From the NCBI GenBank assembly GCA_018304425.1, contig JAGVWE010000005.1:137145-201144 (forward strand): a DNA stretch of 64,000 nt. The letters run 5' to 3'. Source of the DNA: Candidatus Iainarchaeum sp. Its GTDB lineage: Archaea > Iainarchaeota > Iainarchaeia > Iainarchaeales > UBA10219. Made by a program: the position numbers and the translations under genes. Shown piece after piece: positions 42,439 through 51,672 of this stretch (the first letter of the stretch is position 1; every line of letters begins with the position of its first letter). The notes below the pieces were generated by a model that was given only the letters and a program-made list of their open reading frames with translations, did no database searches and was not told where the DNA came from.

Positions 42439-44487
42439 TTGGAATTGATTTTGCTCGTGTTCGCAATCAGCGTGCTATCCGTCGGGTTCGCGGGGTATCT
42501 CGCCAATTACGTCCTGAAGAAGGACACGGGGACCCCGAAAATGCGGGAAATCAGCAACGCCATCATGGAGGGCGCGAACGCCTTCCTCAAAAGGCAGTAC
42601 AAGACCATCGCGGTCATCTGCGTGGTGCTTGCGGTCCTGATCATGGGCGCCTATGCCTTGACCGGCAAGGTCGACTTCGGCCTCAAGACCGCGGTTGCCT
42701 TCGTGTTCGGGGCCTTTTGCTCCGCGCTGTCGGGTTACATCGGCATGTGGATTTCCATCCGCGCCAACATCCGCGCGGCCTCCGGCGCGCAGCGCAGCCT
42801 CAACGAGGCGTTGACCATTGCCTTGCGCGGCGGAGCGGTGTCCGGCATCATCATCGTGGCCTTGTCCTTGCTGGGCGTGAGCGCACTCTATTACTTCTAC
42901 GGGCTCTCCGCGCCCCTCACGGAAGTGCCTTTCCTGATCGTGGGCTTTGGATTTGGGGCCAGCTTCGTGGCCTTGTTCGCGCAACTCGGCGGCGGCATTT
43001 ACACGAAAGCGGCTGACGTCGGCGCGGACCTGGTCGGAAAAGTCGAAGCCGGCATCCCGGAAGACGACCCCAGGAACCCCGCCGTCATCGCGGACCTCGT
43101 CGGAGACAACGTCGGCGACTGCGCGGGAAGGGGGGCCGACTTGTTTGAAAGCACGGCCGCCGAAAACATCGGGGCCATGATCCTTGGAGTGGCCTTGTTT
43201 CCCGTGTTCGGCGTGAACGGCATCGTGTTCCCCCTAGTGGCAAGGGCCTTCGGCTTGATCGCCTCCATTATCGGGATCATGGCCGTGAAGGCCAGGGAAG
43301 ACGAGGACCCCATGAACGCCTTGAACCGCGGCTATCTGATTACCTCGGTGCTGGCCGCCATTGCCTTCTACATCGCCACCCAGTGGCTGTTGGGCAACAT
43401 CCTGTTCTTCTACGCCGGCCTCGTAGGCATCCTGGCCAGCATTGCCTTCGTCTACATCACCATCTACTACACGGACCAAAAGTATGGGCCCGTTAAGTCG
43501 ATTGCGGAGGCCTCGAAGACCGGGCACGCGACCAACATCATCGCGGGATTTGGGGTGGGACTCGAATGCGTGGCGGCACCGGTCATCGTCTTGAGCGCGG
43601 CCCTCATGGGCTCGTTCATGATTGGCGAGCTGTCCGGGTATGCGAACGGCGGCTTATACGGAACGGCCATCGCGACCATGGGCATGCTTTCAACGGCTGC
43701 CTTCGTCTTGGCCATGGACACTTTCGGCCCCATCACGGACAACGCCGGGGGAATCGTGGAGATGAGCAAGAGCCCGGAAAAAGTCCGGAAGATCACGGAC
43801 CGGCTGGACGCGGTCGGCAACACCACCAAGGCCCTGACGAAGGGCTACGCGGTGGGCTCGGCCGGCCTCGCGGCGTTCCTGTTGTTCACGGCCTACATGG
43901 ATGAAGTCACGAAACTGGTGGGGCACCCCATGACGGTGAATCTCGCCAAAGTGGACGTGTTCGTGGGCGGGTTGCTGGGCGCCATGCTGGTGTTCCTGTT
44001 CAGCAGCTACGCCATCAAGGCCGTTGGAAAGACCGCGGGCAGCGTCATCGAGGAAGTCCGGAGGCAGTTCAGGGAAATCCCCGGCCTCATGAAGGGAAAA
44101 GCCAAGCCCGACTACGCGAAATGCGTGGACATCTGCACCACGGCCGCCTTGAAGGAAATGGTGTTGCCAGGGCTTCTCGTGGTTTTCATGACCCTGGCCG
44201 TAGGCTATGTCCTCAAAGCCGAGGCCGCGGCGGCTTTCCTGATGGTGGGAACCATGAGCGGAATCCTCATGGCCTTGCTGCTCAACACGGGTGGAGGCGC
44301 CTGGGACAACGCCAAGAAATACATTGAAACCGGTGCCTTTGGCGGCAAGGGAAGCGAAGCCCACAAGGCCGCCGTAACCGGGGACACGGTGGGGGATCCC
44401 TTCAAGGACACGGCAGGCCCGAGCCTGCACGTGTTAATCAAGCTCTTGGGAACCCTTACCCTGGTGCTCGCGCCCCTATTCATATAG
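42439..44487 (+). CDS. hppA: Membrane-bound proton/sodium-translocating pyrophosphatase
   Basis: GGIYTKAADVGADLVGKVE, DPRNPAVIADLVGDNVGDCAGRGADLFES and GDTVGDPFKDTAGPSL motifs. TTG start preceded by GGAGGGG. Confidence 0.95.
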   Translation: MELILLVFAISVLSVGFAGYLANYVLKKDTGTPKMREISNAIMEGANAFLKRQYKTIAVICVVLAVLIMGAYALTGKVDFGLKTAVAFVFGAFCSALSGYIGMWISIRANIRAASGAQRSLNEALTIALRGGAVSGIIIVALSLLGVSALYYFYGLSAPLTEVPFLIVGFGFGASFVALFAQLGGGIYTKAADVGADLVGKVEAGIPEDDPRNPAVIADLVGDNVGDCAGRGADLFESTAAENIGAMILGVALFPVFGVNGIVFPLVARAFGLIASIIGIMAVKAREDEDPMNALNRGYLITSVLAAIAFYIATQWLLGNILFFYAGLVGILASIAFVYITIYYTDQKYGPVKSIAEASKTGHATNIIAGFGVGLECVAAPVIVLSAALMGSFMIGELSGYANGGLYGTAIATMGMLSTAAFVLAMDTFGPITDNAGGIVEMSKSPEKVRKITDRLDAVGNTTKALTKGYAVGSAGLAAFLLFTAYMDEVTKLVGHPMTVNLAKVDVFVGGLLGAMLVFLFSSYAIKAVGKTAGSVIEEVRRQFREIPGLMKGKAKPDYAKCVDICTTAALKEMVLPGLLVVFMTLAVGYVLKAEAAAAFLMVGTMSGILMALLLNTGGGAWDNAKKYIETGAFGGKGSEAHKAAVTGDTVGDPFKDTAGPSLHVLIKLLGTLTLVLAPLFI

Positions 44488-44562
44488 TGGCGCGCACCCC
44501 CTCCTTTTTCCCTCTTCTTTTTATTTCTTTGGCCCCCCCTACAATTACGTCGGTGCAGCTTC

Positions 44563-45333
44563 ATGGAAGAAAAACAACGCTCCTTGCTCGTCATCCTGAT
44601 TGCGGCCCTGATTTTCGGGTTGGGCGCCTTCTCCGGCCCCACGTTCTTGGGCCTCTTGTCGGGCGAAAACGGTTTGGGGAGTCCGGGCCTGCCAGCCATC
44701 CAGTCCAGCGGGCAGACCGCCAGCATCAACATCGTGGCGGTAACCAGCCAGGGCGGCGGAGAGGTGTCCAAGGGAGTCGTCGAGTTGGTGCCGGGAAAGG
44801 GCCGCGTGTTAATCAACACCAACCCCTTTGTGGAACCGGACACGCAGTACTCGTTTGAGACCGCTGCCCAGGTAGCCGAAGGGGTCACGGGAAAGAGCTT
44901 GAAGAACGTGGACATCATTTTCACGGTCGAAGAATCCAAGGCCAAGCTGGTGGGCGGTCCCTCCGCAGGCGCGGCCTTCACCGTGGCCACCATCGCGGCC
45001 GTGGAAGGCCGGAAAGTGCGGACCGATGCCGCCATCACGGGAACCATGGACAAGACCGGCCGGATCGGCCCCATCGGCGGCGTGCTCGAGAAAATGGTGG
45101 CCTTCGGCGAACTCGGCGGCAAACTCTTCCTGGTACCCAAGGGACAGGGCACCGTCAACTACCTGGTCGAGGAACCGGCCGGCGAGGGAAGGCAGGGGCC
45201 CTACCTCATCAAGCGGTTCCGCATGACGCAAAAGGCCCTGAAACTCGATGACTACGCCAAGGAACATTTCGAGGGAATGAAGGTAGTGGAAGTAGCGCAC
45301 GTCGATGAAGCCCTGGCGCTGCTGGTACAATAG
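44563..45333 (+). CDS. Lon protease proteolytic-domain-only (S16) protein with an N-terminal TM anchor
   Basis: TM helix SLLVILIAALIFGLGAF, then an S16 core with the catalytic Ser in GGPSAGAAF and Lys in GGVLEKMVA. No AAA+ module. Confidence 0.8.
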   Translation: MEEKQRSLLVILIAALIFGLGAFSGPTFLGLLSGENGLGSPGLPAIQSSGQTASINIVAVTSQGGGEVSKGVVELVPGKGRVLINTNPFVEPDTQYSFETAAQVAEGVTGKSLKNVDIIFTVEESKAKLVGGPSAGAAFTVATIAAVEGRKVRTDAAITGTMDKTGRIGPIGGVLEKMVAFGELGGKLFLVPKGQGTVNYLVEEPAGEGRQGPYLIKRFRMTQKALKLDDYAKEHFEGMKVVEVAHVDEALALLVQ

Positions 45334-45341
45334 GTCACGCG

Positions 45342-47792
45342 TTATTTTTTCGGCTCTGGCTTCTTTTTGGGGAGTGGCTTGACCTGCTTCCGCACCGAGC
45401 GCTGGACTTCCGACCAATCGCTTTCAACTCTCCCTACTGCCTGCCTTGCCTGGTCGGCTGCCACAACCTGGTCAATGGACTCCTCTTCGGCCAGGGCCTC
45501 GTACAACTGCTTGACCTTGGCATTGTATTCGTTGGTGAGTTTCCGGAAGTCCTCGGGGGAGATGCTGCGCTGCTTGAGGCTCCGCCGCAGGTCCCTGGAC
45601 TTCATGTCAAACAACAAGAGGTCGGCGCGCAGCTTGTCCGAGGCAAAGGACTCCTCGGTCTTGGCTTCCCGCATGCGGAGCAGCCTCCGCAGTTGCTCGG
45701 ACAACCGGCCTGACTCGGAGAGGTACTCGTCCTGGGAGAGCCTGCCCCTTGAAAGCCTTTCCTCGATTTCCCGCTGCTTTTGCTTGACCCCCTTTATTTC
45801 CTCGTACACCGAGTACTTGACGTCCGACTTCCGGGCTTTCAGTATCTTGAGCAGCAACACCAGCAGCACGATGAACAACACGGTGGGCAGGAGGAAAAAC
45901 ATGAGGTACCACTTGGTCTGATCGGTTTTCACGACCTCGTCGACGGCCGACTCCGAGCCCGTGTAGGGCTTGGCGGCGTTCTTTTCATAGAACTCGCTGA
46001 CCTCTTCCACGGTCTTGAAGAGGCTCTCCGCCAACATGGCCAGGCTCAACCCGTTCTTCAGGGAGGAAAGGGCATCGCTTTTGTGGTTCAATTCCTTGTA
46101 GTAAACGGCTTCCTCCAGGTAATAGCGGGCGTGGTCGAGGTAGAGGTTGGCCCAGACATGCCGGTACTTGGAGTTGGCAATGGCCGAGCCCAAGTCGGCC
46201 AGTTTCTTGCGGAGGCTGGCCTCGAGCTTGACGGCATCGTCTTCCTTGGCCAGGCGCTTGCCCTCGATCAAGGCCTGCGCCGAGGCCGCGTTGAACAGGG
46301 CCGAGAGGCTCCAGCCACGCTTGAGTTCCTCCCGCGCCGAGGCAATCCGCCGCTCAATGTCCTCGATGTCCTCGCCCTTGAAAACCGTCAACCCGTTTTC
46401 CGCCTTCACCAGCAGGTCCTGCACGCGTTCCACGAAGTCAGGCAAGGGCTTCACCTTCTTCTGGGAGACCTTGGCCGCCTCGAAGAATTCCCGGGCCACC
46501 AGCAGCCAGGCCCTTGCGGACTCGAACTTGTAGAGGGCGTCGATGACGGCTTCCTTCTTGTCGGCCGAGCCCCCCGCCGAGACCACGATGGTCTGGCCGC
46601 GGGACAACTCGTTCAAGGTGGTTTCGGCCCAGCCCAGCCGCTGCTGCGCGGAAACCATCCACTCCAGGCGGTCAACGGGCATGAACTCGGACAATTGCTT
46701 CTTCAAGTCCACGAGTTCCTGCTTGAGCAAATCCACTTTCAGGTCGAAAACCGTGGAATCGTCGGACAACAGCGAGGGGTTTTCCGCGATGTCCTTGATG
46801 AGCATGGCGTTGACCCTTGCCAGGAATGCGAAGTTCGCGCTGCTGTACAGGTAGCCCTGGTCCAGGAGGATATCGGCCGTTTTGAGGTTCTTTTCCGCGT
46901 TGTTGAGGCTAGCCACCATCCGGCCGATGATGGAAACGTCTTCAATCAGGGTCGAGGAAAGCGCGTTCCGCGCCTCCTTCATGAGCTGCTTGGTTTCCTT
47001 CAAGTGCTTCCGGGTAATCTCCTTCATGGGCAGCAGTTCCTCTGCCGGCGTGGTCGGCTTTGGGACGAATTCGGGGGGCTCCTTTTCCGCCAACTCCTTG
47101 ATGTCAATCTGCGATACATCCGTGTATGCGTACTTCAGGACGTCGTCCAGGGTGGAGGCCTCGACCACGTAGAGCCCCCACTTGTCCTTCGCGTACTGAA
47201 TGAGGTTGATGGATTCGACGCCCGACTCGAGTTTCTCGATGCGGCGGGCTTCCCCCGAGGGAATCATGAACAGCTTCATGCCCCCGTCCTTCGCTGCCCT
47301 GGCCTTTTCGAAGACCCCTCCCACCGTGCCCACGATTCCGTCCTCGGAAATCGTGCCCGTGATGCTCACGTCTCGGGGAACGGTTTTTCCCTGCAGCAGG
47401 GCCGCCACCATGTAAGCCATGGCCGCTCCCGCCGAGGGCCCCTCGACCACGGCAGCGGTTGAACCAATCGAGAACTTGTAGTCGAACTTCTCCCATTCAG
47501 GAGAATACTTTTTTGCGGCCTGGACCGCGGCCTTTTCAGCGCTCTGCGTGGTCGTGCCCACCAGGGGGTTGACGGAAGTCCAGACCTTTCCGGTGCCGGG
47601 AACCAGTTCCAGGTAGAGGTCGGCTGAAAGCCCCTCGCCGTCGCCCGTGACGGCAAAAATCTTCATGGCCCCGCTGCGCACCTCGCCCTGGGACGCGGGC
47701 ACGGCTTCCACGGCCCAGGCAAGCTGGCCAAGGCTGAACAGGAACAGGAAAACCAGTGCCACCTGCTTATTGAAAGCCAACCATTCACCCAA
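45342..47792 (-). CDS. Large S16 (Lon proteolytic domain) exoprotein with a helical domain, one TM helix and a coiled-coil cytoplasmic tail
   Basis: Signal-like N-terminus VALVFLFLFSLGQLAWAVEA. S16 core EGPSAGAAM...GGVFEKARAA. About 400 aa helical region. TM helix WYLMFFLLPTVLFIVLLVLLL. Charged tail. The start codon is uncertain (TTG). Confidence 0.75.
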   Translation of the reverse strand: MGEWLAFNKQVALVFLFLFSLGQLAWAVEAVPASQGEVRSGAMKIFAVTGDGEGLSADLYLELVPGTGKVWTSVNPLVGTTTQSAEKAAVQAAKKYSPEWEKFDYKFSIGSTAAVVEGPSAGAAMAYMVAALLQGKTVPRDVSITGTISEDGIVGTVGGVFEKARAAKDGGMKLFMIPSGEARRIEKLESGVESINLIQYAKDKWGLYVVEASTLDDVLKYAYTDVSQIDIKELAEKEPPEFVPKPTTPAEELLPMKEITRKHLKETKQLMKEARNALSSTLIEDVSIIGRMVASLNNAEKNLKTADILLDQGYLYSSANFAFLARVNAMLIKDIAENPSLLSDDSTVFDLKVDLLKQELVDLKKQLSEFMPVDRLEWMVSAQQRLGWAETTLNELSRGQTIVVSAGGSADKKEAVIDALYKFESARAWLLVAREFFEAAKVSQKKVKPLPDFVERVQDLLVKAENGLTVFKGEDIEDIERRIASAREELKRGWSLSALFNAASAQALIEGKRLAKEDDAVKLEASLRKKLADLGSAIANSKYRHVWANLYLDHARYYLEEAVYYKELNHKSDALSSLKNGLSLAMLAESLFKTVEEVSEFYEKNAAKPYTGSESAVDEVVKTDQTKWYLMFFLLPTVLFIVLLVLLLKILKARKSDVKYSVYEEIKGVKQKQREIEERLSRGRLSQDEYLSESGRLSEQLRRLLRMREAKTEESFASDKLRADLLLFDMKSRDLRRSLKQRSISPEDFRKLTNEYNAKVKQLYEALAEEESIDQVVAADQARQAVGRVESDWSEVQRSVRKQVKPLPKKKPEPKK

Positions 47793-47869
47793 TCGAATTC
47801 ATATAATTAAGGGGCCGGGATTTAAATAGTTTTCCCGGTGGCTGGCAACGCCTTAAACGTGGATAAACA

Positions 47870-47888
47870 GGGGCATGCCCCGAAAAAA
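47870..47888 (-). terminator. T6 tract plus GC palindrome downstream of the r-protein cluster
   Basis: The minus strand reads CTTTTTTCGGGGCATGCCCC about 50 nt after the P1 stop. Confidence 0.35.
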
Positions 47889-47936
47889 GAGGGAAACGGA
47901 TTGCTGGTTTCGGCCCTGGCCCTTCGGCCATTGGCC

Positions 47937-48245
47937 TCAGCCGAACAATCCTGCGAGTCCTTCCGCTGCTTCCGCTTCCGATTTGCCGGCATCTTCCTTC
48001 TTCTCTTCCTTCTTGGCTTCGCCGGCGTGGCCTGCTGCGGCTGCTGGTGCGGCGGCTGCGGCTGGCGCGAAGGCTGCCTGCTTGATTGCGTCGTCGATGT
48101 TCACGTCCTTGAGGGACGCGACCAGCGCCTTCACCTGCGCTGAATCAGCCTTGACTCCGGCTGCTTCCAGCACCTTGGTTACGTGCGCTTCGTCGACTGG
48201 CTGCTTTACGGAATGCAAGAGCATTGCAGTGTAGACGTACTCCAT
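47937..48245 (-). CDS. rpl12: Ribosomal stalk protein P1 (aL12)
   Basis: MEYVYTAMLLH...; Ala-rich hinge; acidic tail ending EAEAAEGLAGLFG. GAGGTGA Shine-Dalgarno-like motif 6 nt upstream of the ATG. Confidence 0.93.
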   Translation of the reverse strand: MEYVYTAMLLHSVKQPVDEAHVTKVLEAAGVKADSAQVKALVASLKDVNIDDAIKQAAFAPAAAAAPAAAAGHAGEAKKEEKKEDAGKSEAEAAEGLAGLFG

Positions 48246-48285
48246 TTTTTCACCTCGCAAGATTTTTTTGTAAGCCTTACTCCCT

Positions 48286-49179
48286 TCACTCCTTCTTCTC
48301 CGGTGCCTCGGCCTTCGAGGCCTCGGCCGCCGCCGCTGGTCCCTTGACCAGGCCCTTCAACGCGCCTGCCTGGGCGCTGGCCTTGGCCAGCAACAGGGGC
48401 GTGGTCTCGGCCGTGAAAATGCCGGCCTCCAGGGCCAATGCCCTGGCTTCCCTCGCCGCCTTGCCGATAAGCAGGGGCGTGGTCTGCACCGTCAAGTACG
48501 CGATGTTGAACGCCAAGTTGAAGGCCTGGGTGTGGGCGACGACGAAGTCGTTGAACACCTGGTCCAAGTCGATGTCAAGGACGTCGGCCTTGTAAATCAG
48601 GCCCTTCTCCAGGGCAGCTGAAACCCGCATCGCGATTTTGATGGGCTTGATGTTGAGCTTGGAAAGCGTGGATGCAACGGGCTTGGTGATGGGCTGGCCC
48701 TTCTTCGTGACCACCTTGTCTTCGACGACGTGAATGGTTGCACCCATCGGCCGGACGTTCAAGCCGGCTGCCTTGAGGTCGGACAGGGCCGGGCCAGGCG
48801 GCAGGCCCGTGTCCCCCGCCGGCACCGTGATGTCTTCAGGGGCCAGTTGGCCTTCCTTGGCAAAGGCAGCGCCCTTGTTCTTCTTGATAAACCCATACAA
48901 TTCAAAGGGGTTCATCTTGCTGAAAATGATGCCCACGCTGCCCTTGACGTTCTCGGTGAGGCCCGCTCCCTTGAGCCTGGATTCCTCGATGGCCTTCTGC
49001 ACCACCCTCGCCTTGGACACCCTGACCACGGCATTGGGGTAGAGTTTCTTCCGCAACTGCGCGAAGAGGTTGGCCGGGAACCTTTCCAGGTCGGCCACGG
49101 CGATGACCGGGTAACTGTTCAGCAAATCCTTGATCTCGGCCAGCTGCTGCTTCTTCCACTTGAGGGTGTGGGACTTCAT
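48286..49179 (-). CDS. rpl10: Ribosomal protein P0 (uL10)
   Basis: 297 aa with the uL10 N-terminal domain and the P1-binding helical region. Gene order is L1-P0-P1. 4-nt overlap with the L1 gene. Confidence 0.9.
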   Translation of the reverse strand: MKSHTLKWKKQQLAEIKDLLNSYPVIAVADLERFPANLFAQLRKKLYPNAVVRVSKARVVQKAIEESRLKGAGLTENVKGSVGIIFSKMNPFELYGFIKKNKGAAFAKEGQLAPEDITVPAGDTGLPPGPALSDLKAAGLNVRPMGATIHVVEDKVVTKKGQPITKPVASTLSKLNIKPIKIAMRVSAALEKGLIYKADVLDIDLDQVFNDFVVAHTQAFNLAFNIAYLTVQTTPLLIGKAAREARALALEAGIFTAETTPLLLAKASAQAGALKGLVKGPAAAAEASKAEAPEKKE

Positions 49180-50009
49180 TGCGCGTCGCCTCCCTCGGCG
49201 GGTTCAGCAGCGGTTGCTGGCGCAGCGGCTTTGGCTGCTTTCTTGGCTTTCGACTTTTTGGCGGCCTTGGCTTTCGCCTCGACGGGTTCCGATGCCTTCT
49301 TGGTTTCGGCCGCCGCCTTCCGGGCCAGCTTTTCCTTGTCAAGCTTGCGGTAGAACGCGCCAATCTTGACGCAGGGCCCCATGGTCAGCTTCACGAACGC
49401 GTTCTTGATGTTGTGCTTCTTCTTTTCGAGCACGGGCAGCACCGCGTTGTAGACTGCCAAGGCATTGGCGACGAGTTGCTGGTCCTCGCTTTTCTCGCTG
49501 CCGATGAGTAGTTGGACCACGGGCATGAACTTGCCCTTGTTGTTGGACACCTTCACGCTGGACGCCATGCCGGCCACGAACTTCTCGTACTCGGCGACGC
49601 TGGGCTGCATGGGCTTGGGCATCTTCCGCTTGGGGGCCAGAGTCTGGCCCAGGCATTTCGCGACCACCAGCATGACCGCTCCCTCGGCGAGAAAACCATC
49701 ATAGTCGTTGGCGAGTTTCTCGCCTTCCTTCTTGCCGAGCTTTTCGAGGTCCGCCTCCAACAGGAAGGGAATGCCTTTTTCCTTCAATTGTTCGGCGAAG
49801 TTCCGGTCCTTGACGAACACGAGGACTTTTGCCTGCGCGGCCTGACCCGTCCCAAACGGCAGGGTCACGTCCACGCTGACGCGGTTCGTGGCCTTCTTGA
49901 AGTCAACTCCCTTGAAGTTGATGCCGAACTCGACGGACTGCGTGAACTTCCTCGGAGGCGAGGACTCGCGCATCAGCTTGACGGCTTCCAGTATTTCCCT
50001 TTCTTCCAC
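49176..50009 (-). CDS. rpl1: Ribosomal protein uL1 with a Lys/Ala-rich C-terminal tail
   Basis: Core is EEREILEAVKLMRESSPPRKFTQSVEF.... Start placed at GTG 50009 by analogy with archaeal uL1 N-termini; the ORF extends to 50099. Confidence 0.88.
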   Translation of the reverse strand: MEEREILEAVKLMRESSPPRKFTQSVEFGINFKGVDFKKATNRVSVDVTLPFGTGQAAQAKVLVFVKDRNFAEQLKEKGIPFLLEADLEKLGKKEGEKLANDYDGFLAEGAVMLVVAKCLGQTLAPKRKMPKPMQPSVAEYEKFVAGMASSVKVSNNKGKFMPVVQLLIGSEKSEDQQLVANALAVYNAVLPVLEKKKHNIKNAFVKLTMGPCVKIGAFYRKLDKEKLARKAAAETKKASEPVEAKAKAAKKSKAKKAAKAAAPATAAEPAEGGDAQ

Positions 50010-50139
50010 GTTGAACGACCTCCCAATATCAGTCCCGAAGGGCTGGATTGGTGAAACGGTGCTAACCACCCGGAGGCGAAAAATAGCACGTAAACGCACT
50101 AATTGGCTGCGGCAAGGTTTTTAAAGCTATTCCCGGCGG

Positions 50140-50697
50140 CTATTGCTCAAACAACGGAAGCTGGCGAGCCCGTCCAGTAGGCTCCTGGCGGATTTCCAAG
50201 GCCCGATGAAAAACCAGCAGGGCCTCCCGCTCGGTGCTTCCCTTTTTTAACCGGTTTTTTGCCTGTTCAACCGCATCCAAAACGAGTTTCCGGTTCTGGG
50301 GGCTAACTGTGTCCGACAAATAGCTTTGGGCATAGGCGCGGATGCTGAAGTTCTCGTGCAATAACGCGTTGGCCACGGCCCGGATGGCAAAACGGTTGCC
50401 GTGGGAGGCCAGCAAACCCAACTTGAGCAAGGCATGGGCTTGGATTCCATGGGATTCCTTGCTATAAAGGACTCGGTTGATTTGGTTCACGGCGGCCATG
50501 GAAGCCCGGGTGTTGCCGTTCAGAGCCAAGCGAGTGAAGCGCTCCAATGCCGCCTCGAGCTCTTCCTGCGAAGGAGCGCGCCAGCGTTTTTTGACTCTGC
50601 CTTCCTTGGTTCGCACAAAAGAGGACACCGTCCGAACCCGGCCTCTCCGGTCCACTTCAAGGCGGCCGACACGGTTCAAGCGACTGGGTACCGACAT
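50140..50697 (-). CDS. HEAT-repeat-like hypothetical protein
   Basis: 185 aa. The basic N-terminus is followed by repeats of the R..A..AL type (NRFAIRAVANALLHENFSIRAYAQSYL). Confidence 0.55.
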   Translation of the reverse strand: MSVPSRLNRVGRLEVDRRGRVRTVSSFVRTKEGRVKKRWRAPSQEELEAALERFTRLALNGNTRASMAAVNQINRVLYSKESHGIQAHALLKLGLLASHGNRFAIRAVANALLHENFSIRAYAQSYLSDTVSPQNRKLVLDAVEQAKNRLKKGSTEREALLVFHRALEIRQEPTGRARQLPLFEQ

Positions 50698-50759
50698 TCA
50701 TTCCACGCACTAATTAGGGGAGCAGGTTATATAAAAAAAGCGAGCCCAAAAAAAGCGCT

Positions 50760-51662
50760 TCACTTCTTTTTCTTGGGCCGGATGATGAGCGTGTTCCTAT
50801 CCTCGGCCATGATATGGGTCATGGCAGTACTGGCCGAGGGCTTGGGCTTGGCTGTGCCGCGCTGCATTTCCTGGATGGCGCTCAACGGCCGGGCCGGAGC
50901 TTTGGGGACCTCGACCTTAGGGGCCTCGGCGGCCTTGGGTGTCTCGGCGGCCTTGGGAGTTACGTGCACAGGCACGGGTTCCTGCACCTTGGACGCGCCC
51001 GAAGGGTGGGGCACCGCGGGTTTCTCCATGACCGGCTCGGCCTTGGGTTCAATGTGCTTGGGCTCGTGTTTTGGCTCCTCCTTGGGAGCGGCAACGGCCT
51101 TGGGGGGCTCGTGCTTGGGCAAAGCCTTGGGTTCTTCCGGGGCTTTCTTGGGCGCTTCTTCGACGGCGTACTCCTTTTTTTCGGCGGGGGCGCCGAAGAC
51201 GTCCGAGAACTCTCCCGCGTCAAAGCGTTTCTGCATGTCCTTGCCGCGCAGGCCCTCCACTTGGACGCCCATGGAATCGCAGACGCCGATGACTTCGCGG
51301 GCCGCGCTGCGCAGGCTATAGGAGTTCATCTTGCCCATCTTCATTTCCGCGACCTTCTTGACCTGGTCGAGGGTCGCGTTGCCCACGACTTCCGTCTTGG
51401 GGTTGGCGGCGCCGCGCTCGATGCCCAGCTCTTTCTTGATGAGTGCGCTCGTGGGCGGGCTGCCCACTTCGATGTCGAAGGACTTGGTCTTCGCGTCCAC
51501 CAAAACCTTGACCGGCACCTTCATGCCGACAAAGGCCTTCGTCTTCTCGTTGATCGCGGAAACGACTTCGCCGATGTTCACGCCCATGGGACCCAATGCC
51601 GGGCCGAGGGGCGCGCCGGCGCTTGCTTTTCCGCCGTCCACCATGACGCTGAGTTCGGGCAT
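50760..51662 (-). CDS. rpl11: Ribosomal protein uL11 with a low-complexity C-terminal extension of about 140 aa
   Basis: Core is VMVDGGKASAGAPLGPALGPMGVNIGEVV...SPPTSALIKKELG. After about residue 160 comes a Pro/Lys/Glu/Ala-rich in-frame extension ending IIRPKKKK. Confidence 0.88.
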   Translation of the reverse strand: MPELSVMVDGGKASAGAPLGPALGPMGVNIGEVVSAINEKTKAFVGMKVPVKVLVDAKTKSFDIEVGSPPTSALIKKELGIERGAANPKTEVVGNATLDQVKKVAEMKMGKMNSYSLRSAAREVIGVCDSMGVQVEGLRGKDMQKRFDAGEFSDVFGAPAEKKEYAVEEAPKKAPEEPKALPKHEPPKAVAAPKEEPKHEPKHIEPKAEPVMEKPAVPHPSGASKVQEPVPVHVTPKAAETPKAAEAPKVEVPKAPARPLSAIQEMQRGTAKPKPSASTAMTHIMAEDRNTLIIRPKKKK

Positions 51663-51672
51663 TGGGTTTCAT

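Noticed and set aside
45780-47462. 560-aa plus-strand ORF
   Set aside because: It is antisense to the 816-aa S16-domain protein, which has a signal peptide, catalytic motifs and a TM helix.
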